In this document: positions 54,391 to 64,000 of the stretch, in pieces
Numbering within the stretch: the first letter of the stretch is position 1
How the letters are laid out: every line of letters begins with the position of its first letter
Translations under genes and position numbers: made by a program
Assembly (NCBI GenBank): GCA_963663405.2
Contig: CAXXSM010000110.1
Span: 64,001 to 128,000, forward strand
Reading direction: 5' to 3'
DNA: 64,000 nucleotides
Origin: a bacterium
GTDB lineage: Bacteria; Hinthialibacterota; Hinthialibacteria; Hinthialibacterales; Hinthialibacteraceae
The notes under the pieces: generated by a model
What the model was told of the DNA's origin: nothing
What the model saw: only the letters and a program-made list of their open reading frames with translations
Databases searched by the model: none

Positions 54391-54670
54391 AATTTCCTCC
54401 TCTACGAGCAGCGTCTTGTAAAAAGCGTGGAACGATGAATTCATCCATACTGAAAACCCGGCTGAATTCGTTCCTCATGCCCATCAGATTTTTTACCGGG
54501 AGGAAGCGTTTGCTCATATTGACGCTCTCTCCTGGTTCCAAAGTGCGCTCTCTTCACATCGAATGACTTCTTGAACTTGAAACTGTCAATTGAGATGTGT
54601 TAATCGTCATCTCCATTTTTGACTTTCTCTTTCTTTTAAAGAAAAACAACAACAATGAGAATGCCCTCGT

Positions 54671-57600
54671 TTAAACACTCTTGAACTCATCATCAAATGT
54701 CGATTCATGGGTTTTGGAGGAAGATGATCGGTCTGGTAATGGCGCAGTTGTTTCGCGCGTAAACGATTGCGCGTGAATCAGTTCTCGATTCGACGGGGTT
54801 GACGCCATACTCTGCTGACCACTCCCATTGTGGATCTTAAATTGGCTGACCAATTCCTGTAGAGCCGCCGCCTGCGCGGAGAGTTGTTCGCTGGCTGACG
54901 CGCACTCTTCACTCGTCGCCGAATTTTGCTGGGTCACCTCATCCAATTGCGTAATCGCGGTTCGAATCTGATCGGCTCCATTCGCTTGTTCCAGACTCGA
55001 GGCTGTGATATCCCGTACAAGAGTCGACGCTTCATTCAACGCTTCGGCGACTTGTTTGGCGCTCTCTTGAATCGCCGACAAGCCCGCGTTGGACTCGTCC
55101 GCCATCTGACTGCCTTCATTGATGATTTCGGAGGATTTTTCGATTTTCTGAGCGATATCTTTCGCCGCGATCTGGCTGCGTTCCGCCAATTTTCGGACTT
55201 CGACGGCTACAACAGCGAATCCTTTTCCCGCCTCCCCCGCTCGAGCCGCTTCAATCGCCGCGTTCAACGCCAAAAGATTTGTTTGATCCGCGATATCAGT
55301 AATTAGATCGATTACATTCACGATCTCTTTCGAACTCTCCTGGATCTCTTTCATCGAGAAGCCTAATTTCTGCACTTGCTCGATCCCTTTTTTCGCTGTT
55401 TCCAGGGATTCATCCGAAAGTTTGCTCGCTTGATTTACACGATCGTCTGTATTTCTCGCGTTCTCCGCGTTTTGCTCGATCGCAGTGCTCAACTCTTCGA
55501 TCGAAGCCGACGTCTCTTCCAAACTCGCCGCCTGCTCCGTCGCCGCATTGGAGAGATTTTGGGATGACGCGGCAAGTTCCTCCGAACTCGATGACACTTG
55601 CTCGGTCGCTTGGCTGACGTTTAACAACGTCTCACTCAATTTTTCCCGCATCCGGTTTAACGCTTTTGAGAGCGCGCCAATCTCGTCTTTACGATTGGCG
55701 TCTACGTGCTGTGTAAAGTCTCCCTCTGCAATAATCTCCGCGAACCGCACACCATTAACCAGAGGAGACGAGATACTATTGGCGATAAAGTACGCGATAC
55801 ATAAAATCAATATGGCGAAACTCAAAGCGACGATCAGCGCCCAACCCAAGAGTCCGATTTGCTTTCCATACGTATCACGGATGGCAAGGTTAGAGAACGC
55901 TTCGGCCTGATCGATTTCCGCTAGAACCACCCACTTTGTATCTCCCAAAGTGATAGGCGCATAAGCCGAAAGCACAGGATTCCCATTGTAATCGATGATG
56001 ATTTTTTTACCTGTTTTCCCTGCGATCGCCTCCTTCGATCCTTCTGTGTCCACTTTCCCTAACGACGGATTTTTAAACGAAGCGGCCACGGTATGATTCA
56101 CGGGATCGAGGAAAGAATCTGACCGCATCAGCTGATCGCTTCCGACAAGATATGTCTCTCCCGTCACTCCCATGCCACTGCGTTCCTGCATAATGGAATT
56201 GATCGCTTCGAGAGACAGTTGCAGGGCCACAACGAGCTCCACTTTTCCATTAATGACTACTGGTTGCGCGATAAAAGCGGCTGGTTCATTATTGCTGGGC
56301 GCGTATGGTTCAAAATCCGCCAATGCGAATTGTTTCGACTGGAGAACTTTCCTTGCAAGTTTCCCGAGCCCTGAGTCTTTATACTTACCACTCACCATGT
56401 TCGTCTGATAATCGGCTTCTTGCGTGACGGTGTAGAAAACATACCCATCCGGATTCATCAGAAACAGGTCATAATAACCATACGCTTCCGTATATTTTTT
56501 AAAGAAATACTCTCCGCTTGAATCTTTTGGACTAAAGGCTTCAGCGACATCGATCTCCGCCAAGAGAGCCCATACAAAATTTCCCACACGTACGGGAATC
56601 CATGCGGAAAGCACAGGATTGCCATTGTAGTCCATAATCACATCCGCCCCCGTTCCACCGGCAAGAGCGGATTGAACCGCCATTGTATCCACTTTGTTTT
56701 TCGTGGGATTCTTGAACGCGGCCGTCACCGAGTGATTCTCCGGATCGAGATAGGAATCGGAGCGCATCAATCCATCCGGTCCCACCAGATACGTCTCACC
56801 CGTTTCACCAAGACCCGCGCGTTCGCTCATGATCGTGATCAGGCGATCGATGGGCATTTGAAAAATGGCCACACCCACTTTTTCTTCACCATCAAATATT
56901 GGAGACGCGATAAAACTGGCCGGCGCTTCATAGGAGGGTTTATAGGGCATATAGTCGACTAAAAAAACGGCGTCCTTGTCCGTGGCGGCATTGGCCATGC
57001 GAAACGCTTCACCGAAATTGGTCTGCGCGTAGGGACCATCGATCAGTGACGTGCTGTAATCCAGTTCTTTGAAAACAGAATAGACAATATCCCCTGTTTC
57101 TGGATCAACGAGGAAGATATCATAATACCCAAATTTTTCCAAGTAATTCCGGACGATCGGATGGATTTGAGCGTGCAACTCACTATACCGGGATCCATCA
57201 TCAGCGGAATCCAGAAGATGTTTGGATCCAAGTGGATTCCGGTTGGCCCGGATGTAACGGTATTGAAGCGCAATGGATTCTCGATCGAGCTGCTGGACAA
57301 TGGATTGCGCTCCCGGTGAATTCCCCTCATTCTGCCGCGCATATTCGTCCCTGAATTCCCCCGTATAATAGGTGGCAAGCTGCTGTTTCATGCTTTCAAT
57401 ATCTGTATCCATGATTGAATTCTCATCATAGTAGTTATTAAAAGCATCTCGAAATTGCTGGACAGCGTCGACCACCATTTTATTTTCTGAAAACGTATGG
57501 ATCTGATCGTGGATGGTTTGGAAATAACGTTCCACTGCAGACCGCTTAATCTCCCGAACGGCGGTCAACTTCGCGAACGCTTCCTCCCGCAGGGTGTTAA

Positions 57601-57826
57601 CGGTTTCCGTCAGAACCTGCATATCCCCCTGTCGTTCCCCGAAAAATTTTTCAATCTGCGCTTTTTTGATATCCCTTACGCCTTTTAATTGATTAAACGC
57701 CTGCGCTTGAATCGCCGCGCTTGAATTACGAAACGAAATCCAAACGGCGATCGCCAAAGGAATAATGCCAACCATGAGAAACAAGCTGATTAATTTCGGT
57801 TTCATCCGGATATCGTTTAAATTCAT
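54671..57826 (-). CDS. Methyl-accepting chemotaxis protein (double dCache-like sensor, HAMP, long signalling domain)
   Basis: [27 protein letters not shown], two TM helices, HAMP (DEIG) and duplicated GETYLVG.D.LMRSDS. Likely start ATG 57826 after AGGAG. Confidence 0.95.
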   Translation of the reverse strand: MNLNDIRMKPKLISLFLMVGIIPLAIAVWISFRNSSAAIQAQAFNQLKGVRDIKKAQIEKFFGERQGDMQVLTETVNTLREEAFAKLTAVREIKRSAVERYFQTIHDQIHTFSENKMVVDAVQQFRDAFNNYYDENSIMDTDIESMKQQLATYYTGEFRDEYARQNEGNSPGAQSIVQQLDRESIALQYRYIRANRNPLGSKHLLDSADDGSRYSELHAQIHPIVRNYLEKFGYYDIFLVDPETGDIVYSVFKELDYSTSLIDGPYAQTNFGEAFRMANAATDKDAVFLVDYMPYKPSYEAPASFIASPIFDGEEKVGVAIFQMPIDRLITIMSERAGLGETGETYLVGPDGLMRSDSYLDPENHSVTAAFKNPTKNKVDTMAVQSALAGGTGADVIMDYNGNPVLSAWIPVRVGNFVWALLAEIDVAEAFSPKDSSGEYFFKKYTEAYGYYDLFLMNPDGYVFYTVTQEADYQTNMVSGKYKDSGLGKLARKVLQSKQFALADFEPYAPSNNEPAAFIAQPVVINGKVELVVALQLSLEAINSIMQERSGMGVTGETYLVGSDQLMRSDSFLDPVNHTVAASFKNPSLGKVDTEGSKEAIAGKTGKKIIIDYNGNPVLSAYAPITLGDTKWVVLAEIDQAEAFSNLAIRDTYGKQIGLLGWALIVALSFAILILCIAYFIANSISSPLVNGVRFAEIIAEGDFTQHVDANRKDEIGALSKALNRMREKLSETLLNVSQATEQVSSSSEELAASSQNLSNAATEQAASLEETSASIEELSTAIEQNAENARNTDDRVNQASKLSDESLETAKKGIEQVQKLGFSMKEIQESSKEIVNVIDLITDIADQTNLLALNAAIEAARAGEAGKGFAVVAVEVRKLAERSQIAAKDIAQKIEKSSEIINEGSQMADESNAGLSAIQESAKQVAEALNEASTLVRDITASSLEQANGADQIRTAITQLDEVTQQNSATSEECASASEQLSAQAAALQELVSQFKIHNGSGQQSMASTPSNRELIHAQSFTRETTAPLPDRSSSSKTHESTFDDEFKSV

Positions 57827-57882
57827 TATGACCACTCTCCTTGTTTCATCTGAATTACCTCCATTAAGATCGCAACCTGCAA

Positions 57883-57940
57883 ATGAAAATGAGCCACGAT
57901 AAGCATTGTGAAGGATAAAGTCGTCGAGACTCATTTTCAT
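57883..57940. promoter_or_regulatory. Intergenic stem-loop between MCP genes
   Basis: ATGAAAATGAG / CTCATTTTCAT perfect 11-bp inverted repeat, extendable. The paralogous spacer at 60850-60965 lacks one arm. Confidence 0.5.
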
Positions 57941-57960
57941 AGAAAAGGAATGGACGTTCC

Positions 57961-60843
57961 TTAGACGCTTTTAAATGCGTTCTCGAATTCCGTTTCACAA
58001 GTCTCTGGTTCTGAGTCAAACTTGTGAGGCCGATTGGGCAATGAGGGAACGGTTTTGTTAGTAGCCGTTCTCGCTTCAATGTATCCCGGAGTTCTCCCGC
58101 TCTGCATTGAACTGGGATCACCGTTTCCATTGTGAATTTTAAATTGGCTGACCAGTTCCTGCAGAGCCACCGCCTGCGCGGAGAGTTGTTCGCTGGCTGA
58201 CGCGCATTCTTCACTCGTCGCCGAATTTTGCTGGGTCACCTCATCCAGCTGCGTGATCGCGGTTCGAATCTGATCGGCCCCATTGGTTTGTTCCACACTC
58301 GACGCGGCGATATCTTGCACGAGTTGTGATGTCTCTTGAATCGCTGGAACAATCTGCTGAATCAGTTGTCCCGCGTTTTCCGCTTGACTCACACTGTTCT
58401 TGGCCAGTTCGCTGATCTCTTTCGCCGCCTGCTGGCTGCGTTCCGCCAATTTGCGCACTTCCACGGCGACTACGGCGAATCCTTTACCCATCTCGCCTGC
58501 GCGCGCCGCCTCGATGGCCGCATTTAACGCTAACAAGTTGGTCTGATCGGAAATATCACCGATGATCCCGATCTGTTCCGCGATCTTTTTCATCGCTTCC
58601 ACGGTTTTCAGCACCGCGCCCCCTCCTTCTTCCGCTTCACTGGCGGCCTTGGTGGCAACCGTGTCGGCCTTCACCGCATTGTCGGAATTCTGTTGGATGG
58701 AACTGCTCAACTCTTCGATCGAAGCGGACGTCTCCTCTAGACTCGCCGCCTGCTCCGTCGCCGCATTCGACAGATTTTGGGAGGAGGCGGAGAGTTCCTC
58801 CGCGCCGGACGCGACTTGTTCCGACGCCTGGCTGACATTCAACAAAGTATCACTCAGTTTCTCCCTCATCGAATTTAACGCTCTTGCAAGAGAGCCAATC
58901 TCGTCTTTCCGGTTGACTTCGACGTGATGCGTAAAATCACCATCCGCGACGATCTCCGCGAATCGTACGCCTTCGATCAAAGGCGCCGAGATGCTATTAG
59001 CGATATAATAGGAGATCAATACAATCAGGATTCCGAATGATAAGGCGACAATTAACGCCCAGCCCAGCAATCCGATCTTCTTGCCATAGGTGTCACTGAT
59101 AGCGAGGCTGGAAAACGCTTCGGCCTGATCGATTTCCGCTAAAATCGCCCATTTAACATCTCCCAGTGTTATAGGCGCGTAGGCGGAAAGCACGGGATTC
59201 CCATTGTAATCAATGATGATTTTTTCACTCGTATTCCCTGCGATCGCCGCTTTTGATCCTTCCGTGTCGACGGCGCCTAATGTGGGATTCTTGAACGACG
59301 CGAGAACGGTATGATTCACGGGATCGAGGAAAGAATCCGACCGCATCAGCTGATCGCCTCCGACAAGATATGTCTCTCCCGTCACCCCCATGCCACTGCG
59401 TTCCTGCATAATGGAATTGATCGACTCCAGCGAGAGCTGCAGGGCGACAATGAGTTCAACCTCCCCATTATTGATCACCGGTTGGGCAATGAACGAACAT
59501 GGCTCCCCGTTGCTGGGCGCGTACGGTTCAAAGTCCGCCAATCCGAACGCCTTGCTTTGTATAACTTTTGCCGCCAGTTTGCCCAATCCCGAATCTTTAT
59601 ACTTCCCCGATAGCATATTCGTCTGATAGTCCGATTCCTGCGCCACCGTATAGAATACATAACCATCCGGATTCATCAGGAAGAGATCGTAATAGCCATA
59701 CGCGTCTGTATATTTTTTAAAGTAATACTCTCCCTCCGCGTCCTTTGGACAGAAGGCCTCGGCGACATCGATTTCACAGATTCCCACCCATGTAAAACCA
59801 TCGAGTTCAATCGGCGCATAGCAGGAAAGCACGGGATTGTTGTTGTAATCCAAGATGACTTCCGTACCCGCCTTTCCCGACAGCGCCTCGCGAACCGCTT
59901 TTGTGTCCACACCGTTTTGACCTACGGTTCCATTTAAGGATGTTTTGACATTGTGATTTGTTGGATCTAAATACGAATCTGATCGCATCAGTTTATCCGG
60001 ACCGACCAGATAGCACTCACCCGTCTCTCCCAGGCCGCTTCGTTCCTGCATGATGGTATCGATCGCATCAAGGGAGATTTGACACGCGACAACACCAATG
60101 AGGGCGCCGGATGAGTCAGAGATCGGCCCCCCCGCAAACATGGCGGGGGCATTGTTACTCGGCGCATAGGGCGCCATATCCACGAGACAAACCTGCTTCG
60201 TACGGACGACTGTACGCCAGAGTTCAGCGAGATTGCTGTCCTTATAGGGCCCATGCGCCAAGTTCGTCCCTAGATCGGCCTCCTGTTCACCCGAATACAT
60301 CACATGGCCGTGGGCGGCGCAGATAATGAAGAGATCGTAATACCCATAGGTTTGTTGATAGTGGAGCAGATTCGCCGCGTTGGCTTTTCTTAATTGTTTG
60401 TATTTCTCCGTATTGACCTCCAAAGGTCCATCCGGCGGCGTATTCATCTCGTCATGGTATTCTTTCATGACGTCAAACATGACATGCGTATCCTCACTCC
60501 GGGCCAGGACTTCCATATCCCCTTTCCGCTCCGCGAAGAATTGCGCGATCTGTTTTTTCCGGACCGCCTGGACGGCGGTCAACTTTGAGAAGGCTTCCGT
60601 CCGCAGTGTATTGACCGTCTCGACCAAAACCTGCATGTCTCCCTGGCGTTCGGCGAAGAATTTCTCAATCTGCGCTTTTTTGATATCCCGCGCGCCTTTC
60701 AACTGGTTGAAAGCCTGCGTCTGGATTGCCGCGCTTGAGTTGCGAAACGAAATCCACACGGCGATCGCTAATGGGATAATACCAATCGCGAGAAATAGAC
60801 TGATTAATTTTGGTTTCATTCGAACATCGTTTAAATTCATCAT
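57961..60843 (-). CDS. Methyl-accepting chemotaxis protein (double dCache-like sensor, HAMP, 34H-like signalling domain)
   Basis: [27 protein letters not shown] and short arms ([12 protein letters not shown]..., [15 protein letters not shown]). Start in the ATGATGATG run at 60838-60846. Confidence 0.95.
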   Translation of the reverse strand: MMNLNDVRMKPKLISLFLAIGIIPLAIAVWISFRNSSAAIQTQAFNQLKGARDIKKAQIEKFFAERQGDMQVLVETVNTLRTEAFSKLTAVQAVRKKQIAQFFAERKGDMEVLARSEDTHVMFDVMKEYHDEMNTPPDGPLEVNTEKYKQLRKANAANLLHYQQTYGYYDLFIICAAHGHVMYSGEQEADLGTNLAHGPYKDSNLAELWRTVVRTKQVCLVDMAPYAPSNNAPAMFAGGPISDSSGALIGVVACQISLDAIDTIMQERSGLGETGECYLVGPDKLMRSDSYLDPTNHNVKTSLNGTVGQNGVDTKAVREALSGKAGTEVILDYNNNPVLSCYAPIELDGFTWVGICEIDVAEAFCPKDAEGEYYFKKYTDAYGYYDLFLMNPDGYVFYTVAQESDYQTNMLSGKYKDSGLGKLAAKVIQSKAFGLADFEPYAPSNGEPCSFIAQPVINNGEVELIVALQLSLESINSIMQERSGMGVTGETYLVGGDQLMRSDSFLDPVNHTVLASFKNPTLGAVDTEGSKAAIAGNTSEKIIIDYNGNPVLSAYAPITLGDVKWAILAEIDQAEAFSSLAISDTYGKKIGLLGWALIVALSFGILIVLISYYIANSISAPLIEGVRFAEIVADGDFTHHVEVNRKDEIGSLARALNSMREKLSDTLLNVSQASEQVASGAEELSASSQNLSNAATEQAASLEETSASIEELSSSIQQNSDNAVKADTVATKAASEAEEGGGAVLKTVEAMKKIAEQIGIIGDISDQTNLLALNAAIEAARAGEMGKGFAVVAVEVRKLAERSQQAAKEISELAKNSVSQAENAGQLIQQIVPAIQETSQLVQDIAASSVEQTNGADQIRTAITQLDEVTQQNSATSEECASASEQLSAQAVALQELVSQFKIHNGNGDPSSMQSGRTPGYIEARTATNKTVPSLPNRPHKFDSEPETCETEFENAFKSV

Positions 60844-60965
60844 CATTGTTCTCCTTGTTTCATCTGAACCATCTTCATTGAGATCGCAACCTGTAAAGCC
60901 GCGATAGGCATTGTGAAGGAAAAAGTCATCGAGACTCATTTTCATAGAAAAGGAATTGACATTCC

Positions 60966-63476
60966 TCAGATGCTCTTAAACTCGTTTTCGAATTCCGTTT
61001 CACAAGCCTCTGGATCTGAGTTAATCTTGTGAGTCCGATTGGGCAATGATGGAACGGTTTTATGATTAGCCGTTCTCGCTTCAATGTAGCCCGGAGTTTT
61101 ACCTCTTTGCATCGAACTGGGATCACCGTTTCTATTGTGAATCTTAAATTGCGCAACCAGTTCCTGCAGAGCCACCGCCTGCGCGGACAGTTGTTCGCTG
61201 GCTGACGCGCATTCTTCACTCGTCGCTGAATTCTGCTGGGTCACCTCATCCAGCTGCGTAATCGCGGTTCGAATCTGATCGGCTCCATTCGCTTGTTCCA
61301 GACTCGAGGCTGTGATATCCCGTACAAGAGTCGACGCTTCATTTAACGCTTCGGCGACTTGTTTGGCGCTCTCTTGAATCGCCGATAAGCCCGCGTTGGA
61401 CTCGTCCGCCATCTGACTGCCTTCATTGATGATTTCGGAGGATTTTTCGATTTTCTGAGCGATATCTTTCGCCGCGATCTGGCTGCGTTCCGCCAATTTT
61501 CGGACTTCGACGGCCACGACGGCGAATCCCTTACCCGCCTCCCCGGCGCGAGCCGCTTCAATCGCCGCGTTCAACGCCAACAGATTCGTTTGATCCGCAA
61601 TATCGGTAATAAGATCGATTACATTCACGATCTCTTTCGAACTCTCCTGAATCTCTTTCATCGAGAAACCCAATTTCTGTACTTGCTCGATCCCTTTTTT
61701 CGCTGTTTCCAGGGATTCATCTGAAAGTTTGCTCGCTTGATTTACACGATCGTCTGTATTTCTCGCGTTCTCCGCGTTTTGCTCGATCGCAGTGCTCAAT
61801 TCTTCGATCGACGCCGACGTCTCTTCCAAACTCGCCGCCTGCTCCGTCGCCGCATTGGATAGATTTTGTGACGAAGCGGAAAGTTCCTCCGAACCAGACG
61901 CCACTTGCTCGGCCGAATGTCTAATATCCGCCATCACATTTTGTAAGTTCTTTGACATGGAATTCAGTGCTTCCACCAATTGACCGATTTCATCTTTTTG
62001 AACGAGCGTAATTTGTTGGGTTAAATCCCCATTCGCGACCGATTCCGCAAATTTAACTCCCATCTGAAGGGGCTTGACAATCATGCGGGTAATAAACACC
62101 GCCAAGGCGACGCCGATCAACACCGCAATGACAAGGCCGATGACGACTGCCTGGGACGCCGCGGTTAATGAATCCAACGTTTGAGACGCGATATTCGTGG
62201 TTTGATCGATCCCAGCCTGCGACATGTCTTGCGCTTTCGCGAGAACGGTATTTCCTGCTTGCACCCGTTTCGTACCCAATTCCTGGACGGCCAGCCAATT
62301 GGTCAGCAGCGCGTTCATGGCGGTCTTGTAACCTGCCGCGGACGCTTTCGTATTATCGATCCGGTCGAGATCGACTTGCAAATGCGTGATTTTACGGAGG
62401 TCTTCAAATTTCTTGTCCATGGCTTTAAAGTTGGATTGCGCGTTCTGAATCAACTCGGGAGAGCGTTCGGCTTGGGACCGCCATGCGGCCAACCGGGTCG
62501 CATTCCCTAAATCGATGATGTCATTGACGTACGTGATCTTATCGTGACGTTCTGTGAGCGTTGTTTTGAACGCCGCAATTTCCTTGTCCAGTTTCTGGTT
62601 CTGCCCTTTGATGAAATCATTGCAATTCGTCATATACGCTAACGCTGAGTCTTCCAACTGCTTTTTCACGCTTTCTGTGCTTCCATCATTGATGAGTTCG
62701 TTAATCGCTTCCTTATATGAGTTCGCGGCATTCTGGGTATTTTCGATACGATCCAAATCCTCCTTGAGATGTGTGATTTTTGTCAATTCCCCCATTTTTT
62801 TGTCTGTCTCAGGGAACAGAACTAATGCCTGCTTGGCCAAGTCAGGATTCTGCTCCGCTTGCGACTTCCATACGGCTAAACGAATGGCATTCCCCAAATC
62901 GATTATCTCATTGACTAGGTTGATTTTTTGCACTCGCTCATGAATTAAAATAAAATTGGCCTCAATTTCTTGTGCCATGTTATCGTTCTGGTCCTGCAAA
63001 AAATCTGAACAATTCTTCATATACGCCGCCGCGGTATCATCCATCTGTTTGCGATTGTTCGAAATCTCTTTGTTTTTTTCTACGGTTTGATTGGCGTATT
63101 GATCGTATTCATTGACTTGCGATTCCACCTCCTGAATCGAGGCCGCCAGTTTGACCAGATGAGGCGATTCTTCCGCCAGTTGTTTCGCTTCGGTTAAATT
63201 TTTCTTGACTTCAGATAAGTATTTTTGGCCTTCCTGCAGATACGCATTCTCCTCTGTCAAACCATACCCGCGCATGTTGTACATGGTCAGTAACGAATTC
63301 CGCTCGATTTCATTCGCGATTTTGACTTCGGGAACGTATTCATTGGCTAACACGGCCGCTTCTGTTTTGACTCCCCCCATCTTAACAAACGCAAGGCCGC
63401 CGACAAAAATAGAAATGAGCAGCAGACATCCAAATCCGATTCCGATCTTCAGACCGAGTTTCATGTTTTTAAACAT
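60966..63476 (-). CDS. Methyl-accepting chemotaxis protein (repeated all-helical sensor, HAMP, long signalling domain)
   Basis: [11 protein letters not shown] start after GAGGAG; internal repeat VN.IIDLGNA.RLA.W.SQAE..P; MCP hairpin motif. Confidence 0.95.
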   Translation of the reverse strand: MFKNMKLGLKIGIGFGCLLLISIFVGGLAFVKMGGVKTEAAVLANEYVPEVKIANEIERNSLLTMYNMRGYGLTEENAYLQEGQKYLSEVKKNLTEAKQLAEESPHLVKLAASIQEVESQVNEYDQYANQTVEKNKEISNNRKQMDDTAAAYMKNCSDFLQDQNDNMAQEIEANFILIHERVQKINLVNEIIDLGNAIRLAVWKSQAEQNPDLAKQALVLFPETDKKMGELTKITHLKEDLDRIENTQNAANSYKEAINELINDGSTESVKKQLEDSALAYMTNCNDFIKGQNQKLDKEIAAFKTTLTERHDKITYVNDIIDLGNATRLAAWRSQAERSPELIQNAQSNFKAMDKKFEDLRKITHLQVDLDRIDNTKASAAGYKTAMNALLTNWLAVQELGTKRVQAGNTVLAKAQDMSQAGIDQTTNIASQTLDSLTAASQAVVIGLVIAVLIGVALAVFITRMIVKPLQMGVKFAESVANGDLTQQITLVQKDEIGQLVEALNSMSKNLQNVMADIRHSAEQVASGSEELSASSQNLSNAATEQAASLEETSASIEELSTAIEQNAENARNTDDRVNQASKLSDESLETAKKGIEQVQKLGFSMKEIQESSKEIVNVIDLITDIADQTNLLALNAAIEAARAGEAGKGFAVVAVEVRKLAERSQIAAKDIAQKIEKSSEIINEGSQMADESNAGLSAIQESAKQVAEALNEASTLVRDITASSLEQANGADQIRTAITQLDEVTQQNSATSEECASASEQLSAQAVALQELVAQFKIHNRNGDPSSMQRGKTPGYIEARTANHKTVPSLPNRTHKINSDPEACETEFENEFKSI

Positions 63477-63550
63477 TCTTTTTCTCTCCTCTTTTTTTTC
63501 TATTTCAGCTCTTTTTTTGTGTCCTCTTTCTTTGTTAGTTGCAAATCCAA

Positions 63551-64000
63551 TCACGCGGCTGTTTTGGCGATCTCTTCACGCTCTCTGGCGCTAAACATAT
63601 GATCCAGTTCGAGCAGGATGATCAGCCGGTCTTCCAACTTCCCCATCCCCGAAATAAATTCCGTATCGATGTCCGCTCCCATCGGAGGAGGCGGATCGAT
63701 ACAATCTTGATCCAAGGTTCGCACCTCACTCACCGCATCCACAATGAGACCCATCACTTCCTTTTTGATCTCCACAACAATAATCCGCGCGGTATGATCG
63801 CTTTCATTTTCAGGTAATTCAAACCGGCGCCGTAAATCTACAACGGGGATCACCCGTCCCCGCAGATTAAGAACGCCCTCAATAAACTCCGCCGATTGAG
63901 GGATCCGGGTCAGTTTTTTATACCGGATAATCTCCTGCACCCGCAAAATGGGAATCCCGTATTCTTCCCTCGCCAACGTAAAACTGACAAATTGCATTCC
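63551..64000 (-). CDS. cheW: Chemotaxis coupling protein CheW (5' end may be outside the window)
   Basis: QFVSF...[30 protein letters not shown] and [10 protein letters not shown]. Confidence 0.95.
   Translation of the reverse strand, partial: GMQFVSFTLAREEYGIPILRVQEIIRYKKLTRIPQSAEFIEGVLNLRGRVIPVVDLRRRFELPENESDHTARIIVVEIKKEVMGLIVDAVSEVRTLDQDCIDPPPPMGADIDTEFISGMGKLEDRLIILLELDHMFSAREREEIAKTAA

Noticed and set aside
57827-57940. N-terminal extension [15 protein letters not shown].. predicted for two MCPs (also 60847-60945)
   Set aside because: Good RBSs (AGGAG) precede downstream ATGs that give typical MCP starts. The similarity reflects a duplicated spacer.

Overview
Bacterial chromosomal window with three parts. 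(1) 1-15.5 kb: a P-type ATPase (5' end outside the window), a tandem-domain universal stress protein, a decayed IS66, and oxyR followed by a signal-peptide-bearing katG with a near-consensus OxyR box. Three secreted enzymes follow, bracketed by two direct copies of an unexplained ~540-bp non-coding repeat. (2) 15.5-29 kb: a rearranged, decaying zone. It holds an intact 2,125-bp DDE-type IS (14-bp perfect TIRs, 5-bp TTGAT duplication) nested in an IS3 remnant that truncates a SnoaL-domain gene, a nucleoside hydrolase, a frameshifted Kef-type antiporter preceded by attC-like remnants, a frameshifted PAS/PocR hybrid kinase, and a kaiC'-kaiB-GAF' relic fused to a beta-propeller gene fragment. (3) 29-64 kb: a large co-oriented (minus-strand) signalling cluster of cheW, three mosaic MCPs of two heptad-length classes, a REC-PAS-HisKA protein, several giant multi-PAS/GAF hybrid kinases (two sharing a near-identical transmitter module), response regulators, and a CheB-CheR-PAS-PocR fusion with its partner kinase. 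The best candidates for poorly described biology are the CheBR-PocR/kinase pair, the module-shuffled kinases and MCPs, the 540-bp repeat, the Kai relic and a possible C-terminal sorting motif. No rRNA, tRNA or CRISPR array was seen. All family calls come from motif recognition by eye; no database search was run.
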